From an uncultured Oscillospiraceae bacterium (GTDB lineage Bacteria; Bacillota; Clostridia; Oscillospirales; Oscillospiraceae): a stretch of 64,000 nucleotides of DNA. Below the pieces are notes generated by a model. It made no database searches, was not told where the DNA came from, and saw only the letters and a program-made list of their open reading frames with translations. Position numbers and translations under genes: made by a program. This document shows positions 1-9,752 of the stretch, piece by piece (within the stretch, counting starts at the first letter, position 1; every line of letters starts with the position of its first letter). The stretch spans positions 10,871-74,870 of the forward strand of contig CAJUPU010000007.1 in the NCBI GenBank assembly GCA_910588495.1, given 5' to 3'.

Positions 1-33
1 GCTGGAGCGCGTTTCCCTTGTTTGTTATCGCGC

Positions 34-1152
34 TCAGACCACCTGAGCGCCCTTGAAGAACACGGCCTTCACGTCCAGCTCCCTGTCCAGCACCACCACG
101 TTGGCCCGCTTGCCGCTGTCCAGGCTGCCCACCCGATCGAAGATGCCGATGGCCTGGGCGGGGCTCACCGCCGCGGAGCGCACCGCGTCCGCCAGGGGGA
201 CGCCGAAGGAAACGGCGGTCTTCATGCACGCCATCAGGTCGGTCACCGATCCGGCGATGGTACCGTTCGCCAGGGTGGCCAGGGGGCCCTTCACCGTGAC
301 CTCCTGCCCGCCCAGGTCGTAGGTGCCGTCGGTCATGCCCGCGGCCCGCATGGTGTCCGAGATCAGCACCACCCGGCCGGGGCCGAACATCTTGAAAACG
401 GCCCGCACCACGCTGGGGTGGATGTGGACGCCGTCGCAGATCAGCTCCACCCGGCTCCAGGGGCAGTCCAGCGCCGCCCCCACCACGCCCGGGGCCCGGT
501 GGGTGAAGCCCGGCATGGCGTTGAACAGGTGGGTGACCTGCCTCGCCCCGGCCCGGAAAGCCGCCAAGGAGGTGTCGTAGTCCGCCGTGGTGTGGGCCAC
601 GGACACGGCCACGTCCTCGGACACCTCTTTGATGAACTCCAGCGCCCCCGGCAGCTCCGGGGCCACCGACACCAGCTTGACCAGGCCCTCCGCCGCCTCC
701 ATCAGGCGGCGCAGCATGGCCGCGTCAGGCTCGTGGAGCCAGTCGCCGTTCTGGGCGCCCCGCTTGGCGTAGGACAGGAAGGGCCCCTCCAGGTTGATCC
801 CCACCAGATCCGCGCCGGGGCGGCCCTCCCTGCGGTGGGCGGCGGCGGTGCGGCACACCTGCATCAGCCGGTCCTCCAGCAGGGTCATCCCCGCGGGGCA
901 GATCTGGGCGACCCCCCGGCTCAGCTCGTACTGCGCCATGGTCTGCAGGCCCTCCGGGTCGCCGTCGGACAGGTCCGCCCCCCGGCAGCCGTGGAAGTGC
1001 ACGTCGGTGAGGGCGGGGATCACATAGCAGCCGGAGGCGTCGTAGCGCCCGCCGTCTCCGCTGTCGGGGACGAGCAGGGGGCCGTCAAAGCACACGTCCC
1101 GTTCCACGAAGCCCCGGTCCAGATCGAATACCTTGCCGCCGGAGATCCTCAT
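34..1152 (-). CDS. nagA: N-acetylglucosamine-6-phosphate deacetylase
   Basis: Motifs DVHFHG, LEGPF, VTHLFNAM, DGVH, ISDTM and IAGS. Start MRISGG at 1152 overlaps the nagB stop (ATGA). Confidence 0.95.
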   Translation of the reverse strand: MRISGGKVFDLDRGFVERDVCFDGPLLVPDSGDGGRYDASGCYVIPALTDVHFHGCRGADLSDGDPEGLQTMAQYELSRGVAQICPAGMTLLEDRLMQVCRTAAAHRREGRPGADLVGINLEGPFLSYAKRGAQNGDWLHEPDAAMLRRLMEAAEGLVKLVSVAPELPGALEFIKEVSEDVAVSVAHTTADYDTSLAAFRAGARQVTHLFNAMPGFTHRAPGVVGAALDCPWSRVELICDGVHIHPSVVRAVFKMFGPGRVVLISDTMRAAGMTDGTYDLGGQEVTVKGPLATLANGTIAGSVTDLMACMKTAVSFGVPLADAVRSAAVSPAQAIGIFDRVGSLDSGKRANVVVLDRELDVKAVFFKGAQVV

Positions 1153-1889
1153 CCCTTGACCTCCATCAGCTTGGCCAGGGCGCTGCCATCCCCCACCAGG
1201 GTGACGTCGGGGTGGAGCTGGAGGATGGAGGCGGGCATGGAGGGCGTGACGGGACCGGCGAACGCCTTGGCCACCGCGTCGGCCTTGTCGGCGCCGTTGG
1301 CCACCACCAGGATCTTCCGGGCCTTCATGATGGTGCCGATGCCCATGGTCAGCGCCTGCTTGGGCACGTCGCCGGCACTGGCGAAGAACCGGGCGTTGGC
1401 CTCGATGGTGCTGGGGGTCAGGTCCACCAGATGGGTGGCCAGGGGGAACTCGTCGCAGGGCTCGTTGAAGCCGATGTGGCCGTTGCGGCCCAGGCCCAGC
1501 AGCTGCAGGTCGGCGTAGCCCAGCGCGGCCACCGCCGCCTCGTACCGGCGGCACTCCTCCGCCGGGTCGGCGGCCAGGCCGCTGGGCACGTTGGTGTTCC
1601 CGGCCGCGATGTCCACGTGGTCGAACAGGTTGGTCTGCATGAAATAGCGGTAGCTCTGGTCGTGGTCGGGGGCCAGGCCGCAATACTCGTCCAGGTTCAC
1701 CGAGCGCACCTGGGCGAAGCTCAGATCCCCCTGCTCATACCACTTCACCAGTTGCTGATAGGCCCCCACGGGGGTGGAGCCGGTGGCCAGGCCCAGCACG
1801 CAGTCCGGCTTGGACACCACCTGGGCGGCGATGATGGAGGCCGCACGGCGGCTCACGGCATTGTAGTCCTTTTCCTGGTAGATACGCAT
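1149..1889 (-). CDS. nagB: Glucosamine-6-phosphate deaminase
   Basis: Motifs LGLATGSTP, NLDEY, GLGRNGHIGFNEP and PASILQLH. GAGGTG RBS before the ATG at 1889. Confidence 0.96.
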   Translation of the reverse strand: MRIYQEKDYNAVSRRAASIIAAQVVSKPDCVLGLATGSTPVGAYQQLVKWYEQGDLSFAQVRSVNLDEYCGLAPDHDQSYRYFMQTNLFDHVDIAAGNTNVPSGLAADPAEECRRYEAAVAALGYADLQLLGLGRNGHIGFNEPCDEFPLATHLVDLTPSTIEANARFFASAGDVPKQALTMGIGTIMKARKILVVANGADKADAVAKAFAGPVTPSMPASILQLHPDVTLVGDGSALAKLMEVKG

Positions 1890-2013
1890 GACAAACACCT
1901 CATATCGATCGGATGTCCGGCGTCACGGCTGCCGGCGGAGCCTCCCGTTCCCGGGATAGAGCTTGTGGAAGGAGGATAGATCGTCCCGCGCCCGCCACAG
2001 GCGGTCAGTTCAT

Positions 2014-2042
2014 ATTGTATGATCCTTTCCAGTCTTTGTCAA
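2014..2042 (-). promoter_or_regulatory. sigmaA-type promoter for nagBA
   Basis: TTGACA-17 nt-TACAAT on the minus strand. Confidence 0.75.
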
Positions 2043-2096
2043 CACATTCTGAAAAAAAGACCGAAATGCTTCCCCGCACTGAAGATCGTTTCCAGA

Positions 2097-2951
2097 CTAC
2101 AGATGCTTGTCGGCCAGGGCGTCGGCCACCCGGCCCCGCCGCTCCCGGCAGGCGTCCACATCCCGGCGGCACACCTCGTTGAACAGCACGTCGGTGAGGT
2201 AGAGCTGGCTCATGCGGGCGGCCACCGAGCCCATCTGGAGGGGGCTCTCCCGGGAGCCGCACTCCAGCACCACGTCGGCGCAGGCCGCGCCGGGGGACTT
2301 GGGAAAGCGGGTGATGAGGATGGTCTTGGCCCCCCGCTCCCGGGCGATCTTCATCACGTCCACCTGGTCCTTGCTGGAGCCGGAGTAGGAGTAGTAGAGC
2401 ACCACGTCCCGGGGGGTGAGCATGGAGCAGCGGATGGCCTGGAAGTGGGAGTCGGCCACGGCGTAGAAATTGGGCAGGGCGGTGGAGAACAGATGGGCCG
2501 CCTCCAGCGCCAGCACCATGGACCCGCCCAGGCCCATGCACAGCACCCGCTCCGCCCCGATCAGCAGCTCCGCCGCGGCGGACACGCTGGCGGGGTCGAG
2601 CATGTCCATGGTCTGGGTGATCGACTCCACGTTGACGGCGTACAGCTTGCGGCACATCTCGCTGACATCGTCCTCCGCGTCGATCTCGCCGTACAGGGGG
2701 TTGACGGGGGTGGTTCCGGCGGCGGCCCCCGCCACCGCCAGCTTGAAGGCGCTGTAGCCCTTGTATCCCAGGCGGCGGCAGAACCGGGACACCGTGGCCT
2801 CCGCCACGTTGGCCTCCTCCGCCAGCTCCGAGATGGACATATATTGGCAGTCATGACGCTGGTGCATGATGTGGTCGGCGATCTTTCGCTCCGCTCCGGT
2901 GAGCTGGTAATACTCCCGGTTGATCCGGGTAAACACATCGCCGTAAGGCAT
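2097..2951 (-). CDS. RpiR/MurR-family transcriptional regulator (HTH + SIS)
   Basis: HTH ISELAEEANVAEATVSRFCRRLGYKGYSAFK and SIS motif SYSGSS. GGGAGG RBS before the ATG at 2951. Confidence 0.92.
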   Translation of the reverse strand: MPYGDVFTRINREYYQLTGAERKIADHIMHQRHDCQYMSISELAEEANVAEATVSRFCRRLGYKGYSAFKLAVAGAAAGTTPVNPLYGEIDAEDDVSEMCRKLYAVNVESITQTMDMLDPASVSAAAELLIGAERVLCMGLGGSMVLALEAAHLFSTALPNFYAVADSHFQAIRCSMLTPRDVVLYYSYSGSSKDQVDVMKIARERGAKTILITRFPKSPGAACADVVLECGSRESPLQMGSVAARMSQLYLTDVLFNEVCRRDVDACRERRGRVADALADKHL

Positions 2952-3156
2952 ACCGGCCTCCCTACCGCCCGTCCAAGCGTCCATCCCGCACCTGGGTCAG
3001 ATGGAAAGGACGCTTGAACGCGCTCCCCACACGCGGGGGCTGGGCGGGGCCTGGGGCCCTCTGGGCCGGGAACTGGATCGCACCCATTCAACATTCCACC
3101 TTTCTACAGTCGTTTTTGTTCCTGCACACTGTGTCATGACGATCGCCGTACCATTG

Positions 3157-3318
3157 AGAAGCTGTACCAATAGCCTCAGCACCCAGCTTTGCGGCCAAGA
3201 TCGCCGCTGGCCGCGTTGAAAGATCTTGAAATACACAAAGTATTCCCGCGATCTTTCGCCTTGCCACCGGCGATTTTGGCTCGCAGATCTGAATACTTTG
3301 GTTATTGGTACAGCTTCT
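3157..3318. mobile_element. MITE-like element with 16-bp terminal inverted repeats
   Basis: AGAAGCTGTACCAATA (3157-3172) and TATTGGTACAGCTTCT (3303-3318). Lower-GC non-coding interior with internal stems. Confidence 0.6.
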
Positions 3319-3324
3319 GAGATA

Positions 3325-3375
3325 ATCATACCCTGTTTCCAGCGGCCGCGTCAAGAGAAGAAGAAAATTATTTTC
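3325..3375 (-). promoter_or_regulatory. Putative sigmaA promoter with an upstream palindrome (possible RpiR operator)
   Basis: TTGACG-18 nt-TATGAT (3354-3325). Palindrome GAAAATTATTTTC at 3363-3375. Confidence 0.45.
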
Positions 3376-3474
3376 AATTTTATCATAAAATTACCTCCGT
3401 TTTTTCATAAATCTGGAGATCCTATTCCATTATGTTGCGATCCTTCCAGGATCATACAGCCCGCCGCGCCCCCT

Positions 3475-6042
3475 TCAGCCCCCGATGATCCGGCGGATCT
3501 CCCCCTCCGCCTGCCTGAGCTCGAATTCCAGCTCGGCGGCGCTCATGCGCACCGCCCCGTGGCCCAGGATGATCATCTGCTCCAGCCCGTCGGAGGTAGC
3601 CACCCGCACCCGGTGCTCCCTGCGCTCTTTGGCCAGGGCGTAGGTGGTCTTTTCGATATACATATCCGCCGTCTCCGCCTCGCGGGTGTACACCACGAAC
3701 AGGTCCCCCAGCCGCTCCACGCTGCCCGGGTTCCCCTTCACCTTGTAGGCGTCGAACACCACGATCGTCTTGCAGCGCTTCCACCCCTGGTAGTTGCGCA
3801 GGCGGTGGATCAGCCGCTCCCGGGCGCTGTCCAGGTCCTCCCGGCCCAGGGCGCGCAGCTCGTCCCAGGCGTGGATGATGTTATAGCCGTCCACCAGCAG
3901 ATAGTCCTCCCCGTCCCGGACCTTCAGCCCCTTCCAGGGCTTAGGCTTGGGCGGGGCGCTCTTGGGCGCGGGGCGGAAGGCGTGGGGCTGCTTCACCGGG
4001 CCGTAGGCCCGCTGGAAGATGGCCTCCAGCTCGCGGTCCAGCGCCGCCCGGGACTCATAGCTCATGGCCCCGCCCCGGACCGGGGCGGCCTCCTCCCGGG
4101 CCGGGCGCTCCGACCGCGGCCGCCAGCCGCTGTCCAGGTGCATGTGCGAGCGGACCTGGTCCCAGGGCACGTTGAAGCCCGCCCCGTGGGCGCAGAACAC
4201 CGAGCCGGAGGGCTCGTCCACGTCCCGGTCCGGGTCGTAGCCCAGCCCGGCGATGACGGCTTCGGCGTCGTGGCAGGGGCGGTAGCCCTCCACTGTGCAG
4301 GACAGCCGCCCCCGCCCTCCGGTGTAGGCCGCCACCGACTTCCAGTAGCCCCCCACGGCGGACACCGGGACGCTGCCGGCCAAAACGGCGCTCTCCCCCG
4401 CCTGCTCCGGGGGCGCGAATTCCGCCCCCATGCGCTGCAGGTCGGTCATGGCCCGGCCCACGCTCCCCCCGGGCACCTCCAGCCGGAAGGCGTACCAGGG
4501 CTCCAGCAGGACGCTCTGGGCGCTCATCAGCCCCTGGCGCACCGCCCGATAGGTGGCCTGGCGGAAGTCGCCCCCCTCGGTGTGCTTGAGATGGGCCCTG
4601 CCCGTCAAGAGGGTGATCTTCATGTCGGTGATGGGCGCGCCCGTCAGCACCCCCTTGTGCTCCTTCTCCATCAGGTGTGTCAAGATCAGCCGCTGCCAGT
4701 GGCCGTCCAGCGCGTTCTCTGGGCAGACGGTGTCCAGCACCAGCCCCGCTCCCCGCTCCAGGGGCTCCAGCAGCAGATGGACCTCGGCGTAGTGGCGCAG
4801 GGGCTCGAAGTGGCCCACCCCCTCCGCCGGGGCCGCGATGGTCTCCAGATAGACGATCCGGCCGGGGCCGAAGGTCACCTGGGCCCCGAAGCGCCGCTCC
4901 ATCAGCCGGGCCAGCACCTCCAGTTGGACCTCCCCCATGAGGTGGACCCGGATCTCCCCCAGCCCCTCGTTCCACTCCACCTGGAGCTGGGGATCCTCCT
5001 CCTCCAAGACGCGCAGCTGGGCCAGCAGGGTGTGGACATCGCCCCCCGCCGGGGGAAGCACCTGATAGGCCAGCACCGGCTCCAGCTCCGGTCCGGCCCA
5101 GTCCTCCTCCGCCCCCAGGCCCTGGCCCGCCCAGGTGCGGCTCAGGCCGGTGACGGCGCACACCGTCCCCGCCGGTGCCTGGTCCAGGGGGATGAACTTC
5201 GCCCCGGAGTAGAGGCGCAGCTGGGTGGCCTTCTCCTCCCAGTCCGGGCCGCGCACCCCGTCCCGCACCTTCAAAACGCCCCCGACGATCTTCATCCAGG
5301 TGAGCCGCTCCCCCCGCTCGTCCCGGGAGATCTTGAACACCCGGGCGGCGAACTCCTCTGGCCAGTCCGGCTCCAGGGCGAAGCGGTCCAGCGCGTCCAG
5401 CAGCGCGTCCACCCCCTTCACCTTCAGCGCCGCGCCGAACAGGCAGGGGAACAGCTTCCGCTCCACCACCAGGGCGGACAGGTCGGCGTCGTCCAGCGTC
5501 CCGGTCTCCAGGTAGCGCTCCATCAGCTCCTCATCGCACAGGGCGGCCTGCTCCAGCACGGCCTCCCAGGGGCCGGAGAAGTCGGCGCAGCCATCGCCCA
5601 GCCGCCCGCGCAGCCGGGCCAGGAGCTCGTCCCGGTCCGTCCCCGGCTGGTCCATCTTGTTGACGAACAAAAAGGTGGGCACCCGGTGGCGTTCCAGCAG
5701 CTTCCACAGCGTTTCGGTGTGGCCCTGCACCCCGTCCGCCCCGCCGATCACCAGCACGGCGTAATCCATCACCTGCACCGCCCGTTCCGTCTCGGCGGAG
5801 AAGTCCACATGACCGGGGGTGTCCAGCAGGGCGAAGCGGCACCCCTTCCAGTCCAGCACCGCCTGTTTGGCAAAGATGGTGATCCCCCGCTCCCGCTCCT
5901 GCTCCTCGGTGTCCAAAAAGGCGTCGCCGTGGTCCACCCTCCCCAGCTTCCGCACCGCCCCGGCGCGGTACAGCATGGCCTCGGACAGGGTGGTCTTGCC
6001 CGAGTCCACATGGGCCAGCATCCCGATGGTCAGCCGCTTCAT
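3475..6042 (-). CDS. EF-G/TetM-like translational GTPase with C-terminal NYN/YacP (Rae1-like) RNase domain
   Basis: G motifs AHVDSGKTT, RGITI, DTPGH and NKMD. C-terminal LLVDGYNIIH...VVFDA...ETADMYIE...VATSD. GAGGAG RBS before MKRL. Confidence 0.88.
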   Translation of the reverse strand: MKRLTIGMLAHVDSGKTTLSEAMLYRAGAVRKLGRVDHGDAFLDTEEQERERGITIFAKQAVLDWKGCRFALLDTPGHVDFSAETERAVQVMDYAVLVIGGADGVQGHTETLWKLLERHRVPTFLFVNKMDQPGTDRDELLARLRGRLGDGCADFSGPWEAVLEQAALCDEELMERYLETGTLDDADLSALVVERKLFPCLFGAALKVKGVDALLDALDRFALEPDWPEEFAARVFKISRDERGERLTWMKIVGGVLKVRDGVRGPDWEEKATQLRLYSGAKFIPLDQAPAGTVCAVTGLSRTWAGQGLGAEEDWAGPELEPVLAYQVLPPAGGDVHTLLAQLRVLEEEDPQLQVEWNEGLGEIRVHLMGEVQLEVLARLMERRFGAQVTFGPGRIVYLETIAAPAEGVGHFEPLRHYAEVHLLLEPLERGAGLVLDTVCPENALDGHWQRLILTHLMEKEHKGVLTGAPITDMKITLLTGRAHLKHTEGGDFRQATYRAVRQGLMSAQSVLLEPWYAFRLEVPGGSVGRAMTDLQRMGAEFAPPEQAGESAVLAGSVPVSAVGGYWKSVAAYTGGRGRLSCTVEGYRPCHDAEAVIAGLGYDPDRDVDEPSGSVFCAHGAGFNVPWDQVRSHMHLDSGWRPRSERPAREEAAPVRGGAMSYESRAALDRELEAIFQRAYGPVKQPHAFRPAPKSAPPKPKPWKGLKVRDGEDYLLVDGYNIIHAWDELRALGREDLDSARERLIHRLRNYQGWKRCKTIVVFDAYKVKGNPGSVERLGDLFVVYTREAETADMYIEKTTYALAKERREHRVRVATSDGLEQMIILGHGAVRMSAAELEFELRQAEGEIRRIIGG

Positions 6043-6088
6043 CCGCATTCTCCTCATGGCGGTCTGTCCGCCTCTTTTGTGATATCGT

Positions 6089-8164
6089 TCAGTTGAACAG
6101 CTCCGCGTTCTCGTCGAAGAGCTCCCGCACCTTTTTCTTCAGCAGCCGGTGGGACGGCTTTTTCAGCTCCGGGTCGGCGGCGATCAGCTCCTGGGCCGCC
6201 TGCCGGGCCTCCTTCAGCAGCTCCATGTCGGCGGCAAAGTCCGCCACCTTCAGCTGGGGCAGGCCGTGCTGGCGCTTGCCGAAGAAGTCGCCGGGGCCCC
6301 GCAGGCGCAGGTCCTCCTCCGCGATCTGGAAGCCGTCCCCCGTGGCGCACAGCGCCTTGAGGCGTTCCCGGGCGGTCTCGCTGCGGCTGGCGGTGACCAG
6401 CACGCACCAGCTCTGGTGCTTCCCCCGGCCCACACGGCCCCGCAATTGGTGGAGCTGGCTCAGGCCGAACCGCTCCGCGTTCTCCACGATCATCAGCGAG
6501 GCGTTGGGCACGTCCACCCCCACCTCGATCACCGTGGTGGACACCAGGATGTCCAGCTCCCCCCGGTGGAAGGCGGACATCACGTCCTCCTTCTCCCGGG
6601 CCTTCAGCCTGCCGTGGACGAAGCCCACCCGAAGCTCGGGGAACACCCGCTCCCGCAGTTGGGCGGCGTAGGCGGTCACCGCCTTCAGGTCCATGCCGGG
6701 CCCGTCCTCCCAGCCGCCGCCATTCTCCTCCACCGCGGGGCACACGATGTAGACCTGGCGGCCCTCCCCCACCTGCTTGCGCACGAAGCCGTACATCCGC
6801 GCCCGCTTGTCCTCCCCCACCAGCAGGGTGGTCACCGGGAAGCGCCCCGGGGGCAGCTCGTCTATGACGGACACGTCCAAGTCCCCATAGATGATGAGGG
6901 CCAGGGTCCGGGGGATGGGGGTGGCGGACATGACCAGGATGTGGGGCGGGACGGCCCCTCCCTTCTCCGCCAGGGCGGAGCGCTGGGCCACCCCGAAGCG
7001 GTGCTGCTCGTCGGCGATCACCAGCCCCAGGTCCTTGTACTCCACCCCCTGGGAGAACAGGGCGTGGGTGCCCACCACCAGGTCGATCTCCCCCGCCTCC
7101 AGCGCCGACAGCAGCGCCTTTTTCTCCCTCCCCTTCACCGAGCCGGTGAGCAGGGCCACCCGCACCCCGGCGGGGGAGAGCAGGGCCTCCATGGTCCGGG
7201 CGTGCTGCTCCGCCAGCAGCTCGGTGGGGGCCATAAGGGCGCACTGGAGCCCGTTCTTCGCCGCCGCCCAGGCCCCGAAGGCGGCCACCGCTGTCTTGCC
7301 CGAGCCCACGTCCCCCTGGACCAGCCGGTTCATGGCCCGGCCGGAGCGCAGGTCGGCGGCCATGTCGTCCATGGCCCGGCGCTGGGCAGTGGTGGGGGCG
7401 AAGGGCAGCAGGGCGGCGAAGTCCTCCGGCGAACCCTCCACCGGCCGGCCCTCCCCCGCCGAGCGGCGGTCCTTCAGCTGGGCCAGGCCGCAGGTGAGGA
7501 CGAACAGCTCCTCGAACACCAGCCGCCGCCGGGCGATGGCCAGCGCCTCGAAGTCGTCGGGGAAGTGGATGTTCTTCCGGGCGAACTGGGTCTGGCACAG
7601 CCGGTGCTCCTTGCGCAGGCGGGCGGGCAGCACCTCGGGCAGGCCGTCCAGGCACTCGTCCACCGCCCGGCGCGCGATCCCCGCCAGCAGATTGTTGGAT
7701 ATGCCCGCCGTCAGGGGGTACACCGGCATGATCAGCCCCGTGGTCCGGGCGGTCCCCTCCCGCTCGAACACCGGGTTGGTCATGGCGAACAGGTTCCCCT
7801 GCCGCTCCACCACGCCGAAAAAGATATAGCTCTCCCCCCGGCGGACCGCCTCCCGGATGTAGTCCTGGTTGAAGAAGGTGATGTGCACCGTGCCGGTGCT
7901 GTCCACCGCCTTGATCTTCACCAGGGACAGCCCCCGGCGGACGTAGCTCACCCTGGGGGTCTCCGCCACCACGGCGGACACGCAGCAGGGCCGGTCCACG
8001 GGGGCGTCCCCCAGGGCGTACTGCTCCCGCCGGTCCTCGTACCGCTGGGGCAGATGGTCCAGCACGTCCCCCAGGGCACGCAGGCCCAGCTTTTCCAGCT
8101 TTTTTCCCCTGGCGGGGCCCACCCCGGGCAGGCCGGTCAGAGGGGTGTCTCGTGTCAGCGGCAT
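6089..8164 (-). CDS. recG: ATP-dependent DNA helicase RecG
   Basis: Motifs QGDVGSGKT, DEQHRFG, SATPIPRTL, QLHQLRGRVGRG and RGPGDFFG. Confidence 0.97.
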   Translation of the reverse strand: MPLTRDTPLTGLPGVGPARGKKLEKLGLRALGDVLDHLPQRYEDRREQYALGDAPVDRPCCVSAVVAETPRVSYVRRGLSLVKIKAVDSTGTVHITFFNQDYIREAVRRGESYIFFGVVERQGNLFAMTNPVFEREGTARTTGLIMPVYPLTAGISNNLLAGIARRAVDECLDGLPEVLPARLRKEHRLCQTQFARKNIHFPDDFEALAIARRRLVFEELFVLTCGLAQLKDRRSAGEGRPVEGSPEDFAALLPFAPTTAQRRAMDDMAADLRSGRAMNRLVQGDVGSGKTAVAAFGAWAAAKNGLQCALMAPTELLAEQHARTMEALLSPAGVRVALLTGSVKGREKKALLSALEAGEIDLVVGTHALFSQGVEYKDLGLVIADEQHRFGVAQRSALAEKGGAVPPHILVMSATPIPRTLALIIYGDLDVSVIDELPPGRFPVTTLLVGEDKRARMYGFVRKQVGEGRQVYIVCPAVEENGGGWEDGPGMDLKAVTAYAAQLRERVFPELRVGFVHGRLKAREKEDVMSAFHRGELDILVSTTVIEVGVDVPNASLMIVENAERFGLSQLHQLRGRVGRGKHQSWCVLVTASRSETARERLKALCATGDGFQIAEEDLRLRGPGDFFGKRQHGLPQLKVADFAADMELLKEARQAAQELIAADPELKKPSHRLLKKKVRELFDENAELFN

Positions 8165-8270
8165 GGTCCCGCCTCCTTGGGAAGCTCCCGATTCGATCTC
8201 CCGGATAGTTTACCACATCCCCCCCGTCGAAAACAATCCCCGGAGGGGGAGGATTTTTCCCCACAAATTG

Positions 8271-8300
8271 GTATAGATCCCGGCGTCCTGGTCCACAATA
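8271..8300 (+). promoter_or_regulatory. sigmaF-like forespore promoter
   Basis: GTATA-15 nt-GTCCACAATA resembles the GYWTA-N15-GgnnAnAnTw consensus. Confidence 0.55.
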
Positions 8301-8317
8301 GGGCCGGAGGTGTTGTT

Positions 8318-9055
8318 ATGAACAACAAACGAACATGGATCGATAAGCTCAGCGATTTCATCTCGGGAAAGGGTTTCTATCTTGTGGTGCTGGTGTGCGT
8401 GGCCGCCATCGCCCTGTCGGGCTGGTATCTGGTGCAGGGCGTCCGGGGCGGCCTGGAGGACACGCTGGACCAGCCGGTGTCCGGCTCCGCCGCCATCGCG
8501 GACAGGCCCTCCGCCCAGCCCACCCCCAGGCCCGCGGCGAAGCCCTCCGACCCCCCCGCCGCGGCGTCCGCCCGGCTGGAGACCGCTCCGTCCGCCGCCC
8601 CCTCCGTCCAGCCTGCCCCCACGCCCACTCCCGCCCCGGCTCCTCTGGTCTTTACATGGCCGGTGAAGGGGGAGATCGTGGCCGGGTTCTCGGTGGAGGC
8701 CCTGGCCTATAACCAGACCATGGGCGACTGGCGCACCCACAACGGCCTGGACATCGCCGCCGACCGGGGCGCCCAGGTGCTGGCCGCCGCCGCGGGCACC
8801 GTGTCCGCCCTCTATCAGGACGATCTGATGGGCACCGTGGTGGAGATCGACCACGGCCAGGGCCTGGTGAGCCAGTACGCCAACCTGGCGGCCACCCCCA
8901 CCGTGGAGGTGGGCGATGCGGTGGACACCGGCACCATCATCGGCTCCGTGGGCGGCACCGCCGCGCTGGAGAGCGGCCTGGCCTCCCACATCCACTACGC
9001 CCTGCTGAAGGAGGGCTATCCCGTGGACCCCGCGGACTACCTGCCCCAGCGGTGA
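8318..9055 (+). CDS. spoIIQ: M23/LytM membrane-anchored peptidase, SpoIIQ-like
   Basis: N-terminal KGFYLVVLVCVAAI transmembrane helix, Pro/Ala linker, LytM motifs HNGLD and HIH. GGAGG RBS and a sigmaF-like promoter. Confidence 0.7.
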   Translation: MNNKRTWIDKLSDFISGKGFYLVVLVCVAAIALSGWYLVQGVRGGLEDTLDQPVSGSAAIADRPSAQPTPRPAAKPSDPPAAASARLETAPSAAPSVQPAPTPTPAPAPLVFTWPVKGEIVAGFSVEALAYNQTMGDWRTHNGLDIAADRGAQVLAAAAGTVSALYQDDLMGTVVEIDHGQGLVSQYANLAATPTVEVGDAVDTGTIIGSVGGTAALESGLASHIHYALLKEGYPVDPADYLPQR

Positions 9056-9064
9056 GGATCTGCG

Positions 9065-9099
9065 AAAAGTCCGGCCCCTGGACGGGGCCGGACTTTTTT
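9065..9099. terminator. Bidirectional intrinsic terminator
   Basis: AAAAGTCCGGCCCC-loop-GGGGCCGGACTTTTTT between convergent genes. Confidence 0.85.
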
Positions 9100-9107
9100 G
9101 AGCCTTA

Positions 9108-9620
9108 TCAGATCGTCAGGGACGGCGCGGAGTAGGTCCGGCCCGCCAGCTCGCTGTTGAGCATGTACAGCCCCTTGGCGTCGCCGCCGAACAGCTCCAT
9201 CTTGCGGATCAGCCCGGAGGAGTTGGCCTCCTCCTCCCCCTGCTCCTTGATGAACCAGTCCAAAAACTGCACCGTGCGGTGGTCCTTGGCCTGCTGGGCG
9301 GCGTCGTAGATGGCGTCGATCAGGCTGGTGACGTACTGCTCGTGGGCGTGGGCCGCCTTCAGCGGGTCCATCAGCTCCTTGAACTGCTTGTCGGGCTTGG
9401 CCACGGCCTCCAGGGTGACGGTCTGGTCGTTGTTGTGCAGGTACTTGTACATGAGCATGGCGTGGTCCTGCTCCTCCTTGGCCTGGATCTCATACCAGTT
9501 GGCGAAGCCGTCCAGCCCCTGGGCACTGTAGAAGTTGGCCATGTCCAGGTATAAGTAGGCGGAGTACAGCTCCTTGTTGATCTGGTCGTTCAGCAGCGCG
9601 GCCACTTTTTTATCCATCAT
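9108..9620 (-). CDS. ftnA: Non-heme ferritin
   Basis: LNDQINKELYSAYLY, EEQDHA and FLDWFIKEQGEEE. AAGGAG RBS. Confidence 0.93.
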   Translation of the reverse strand: MMDKKVAALLNDQINKELYSAYLYLDMANFYSAQGLDGFANWYEIQAKEEQDHAMLMYKYLHNNDQTVTLEAVAKPDKQFKELMDPLKAAHAHEQYVTSLIDAIYDAAQQAKDHRTVQFLDWFIKEQGEEEANSSGLIRKMELFGGDAKGLYMLNSELAGRTYSAPSLTI

Positions 9621-9752
9621 CGAACACTCCTTTTGTCTTTTCTGCGTCCTGGGGCGCATTCTATGGCAAGTATATCACGTTTTTCTGCGCTGTCAACCGT
9701 TTTCCGCCCACGAAAAGAGCGCCCGGCCCTGAGGCCGGACGCTCTTGGGGAT

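Noticed and set aside
3475..6042. Tetracycline resistance gene (tetM/O/W)
   Set aside because: Host-like composition, no mobile context and a C-terminal NYN domain point to a different GTPase subfamily.
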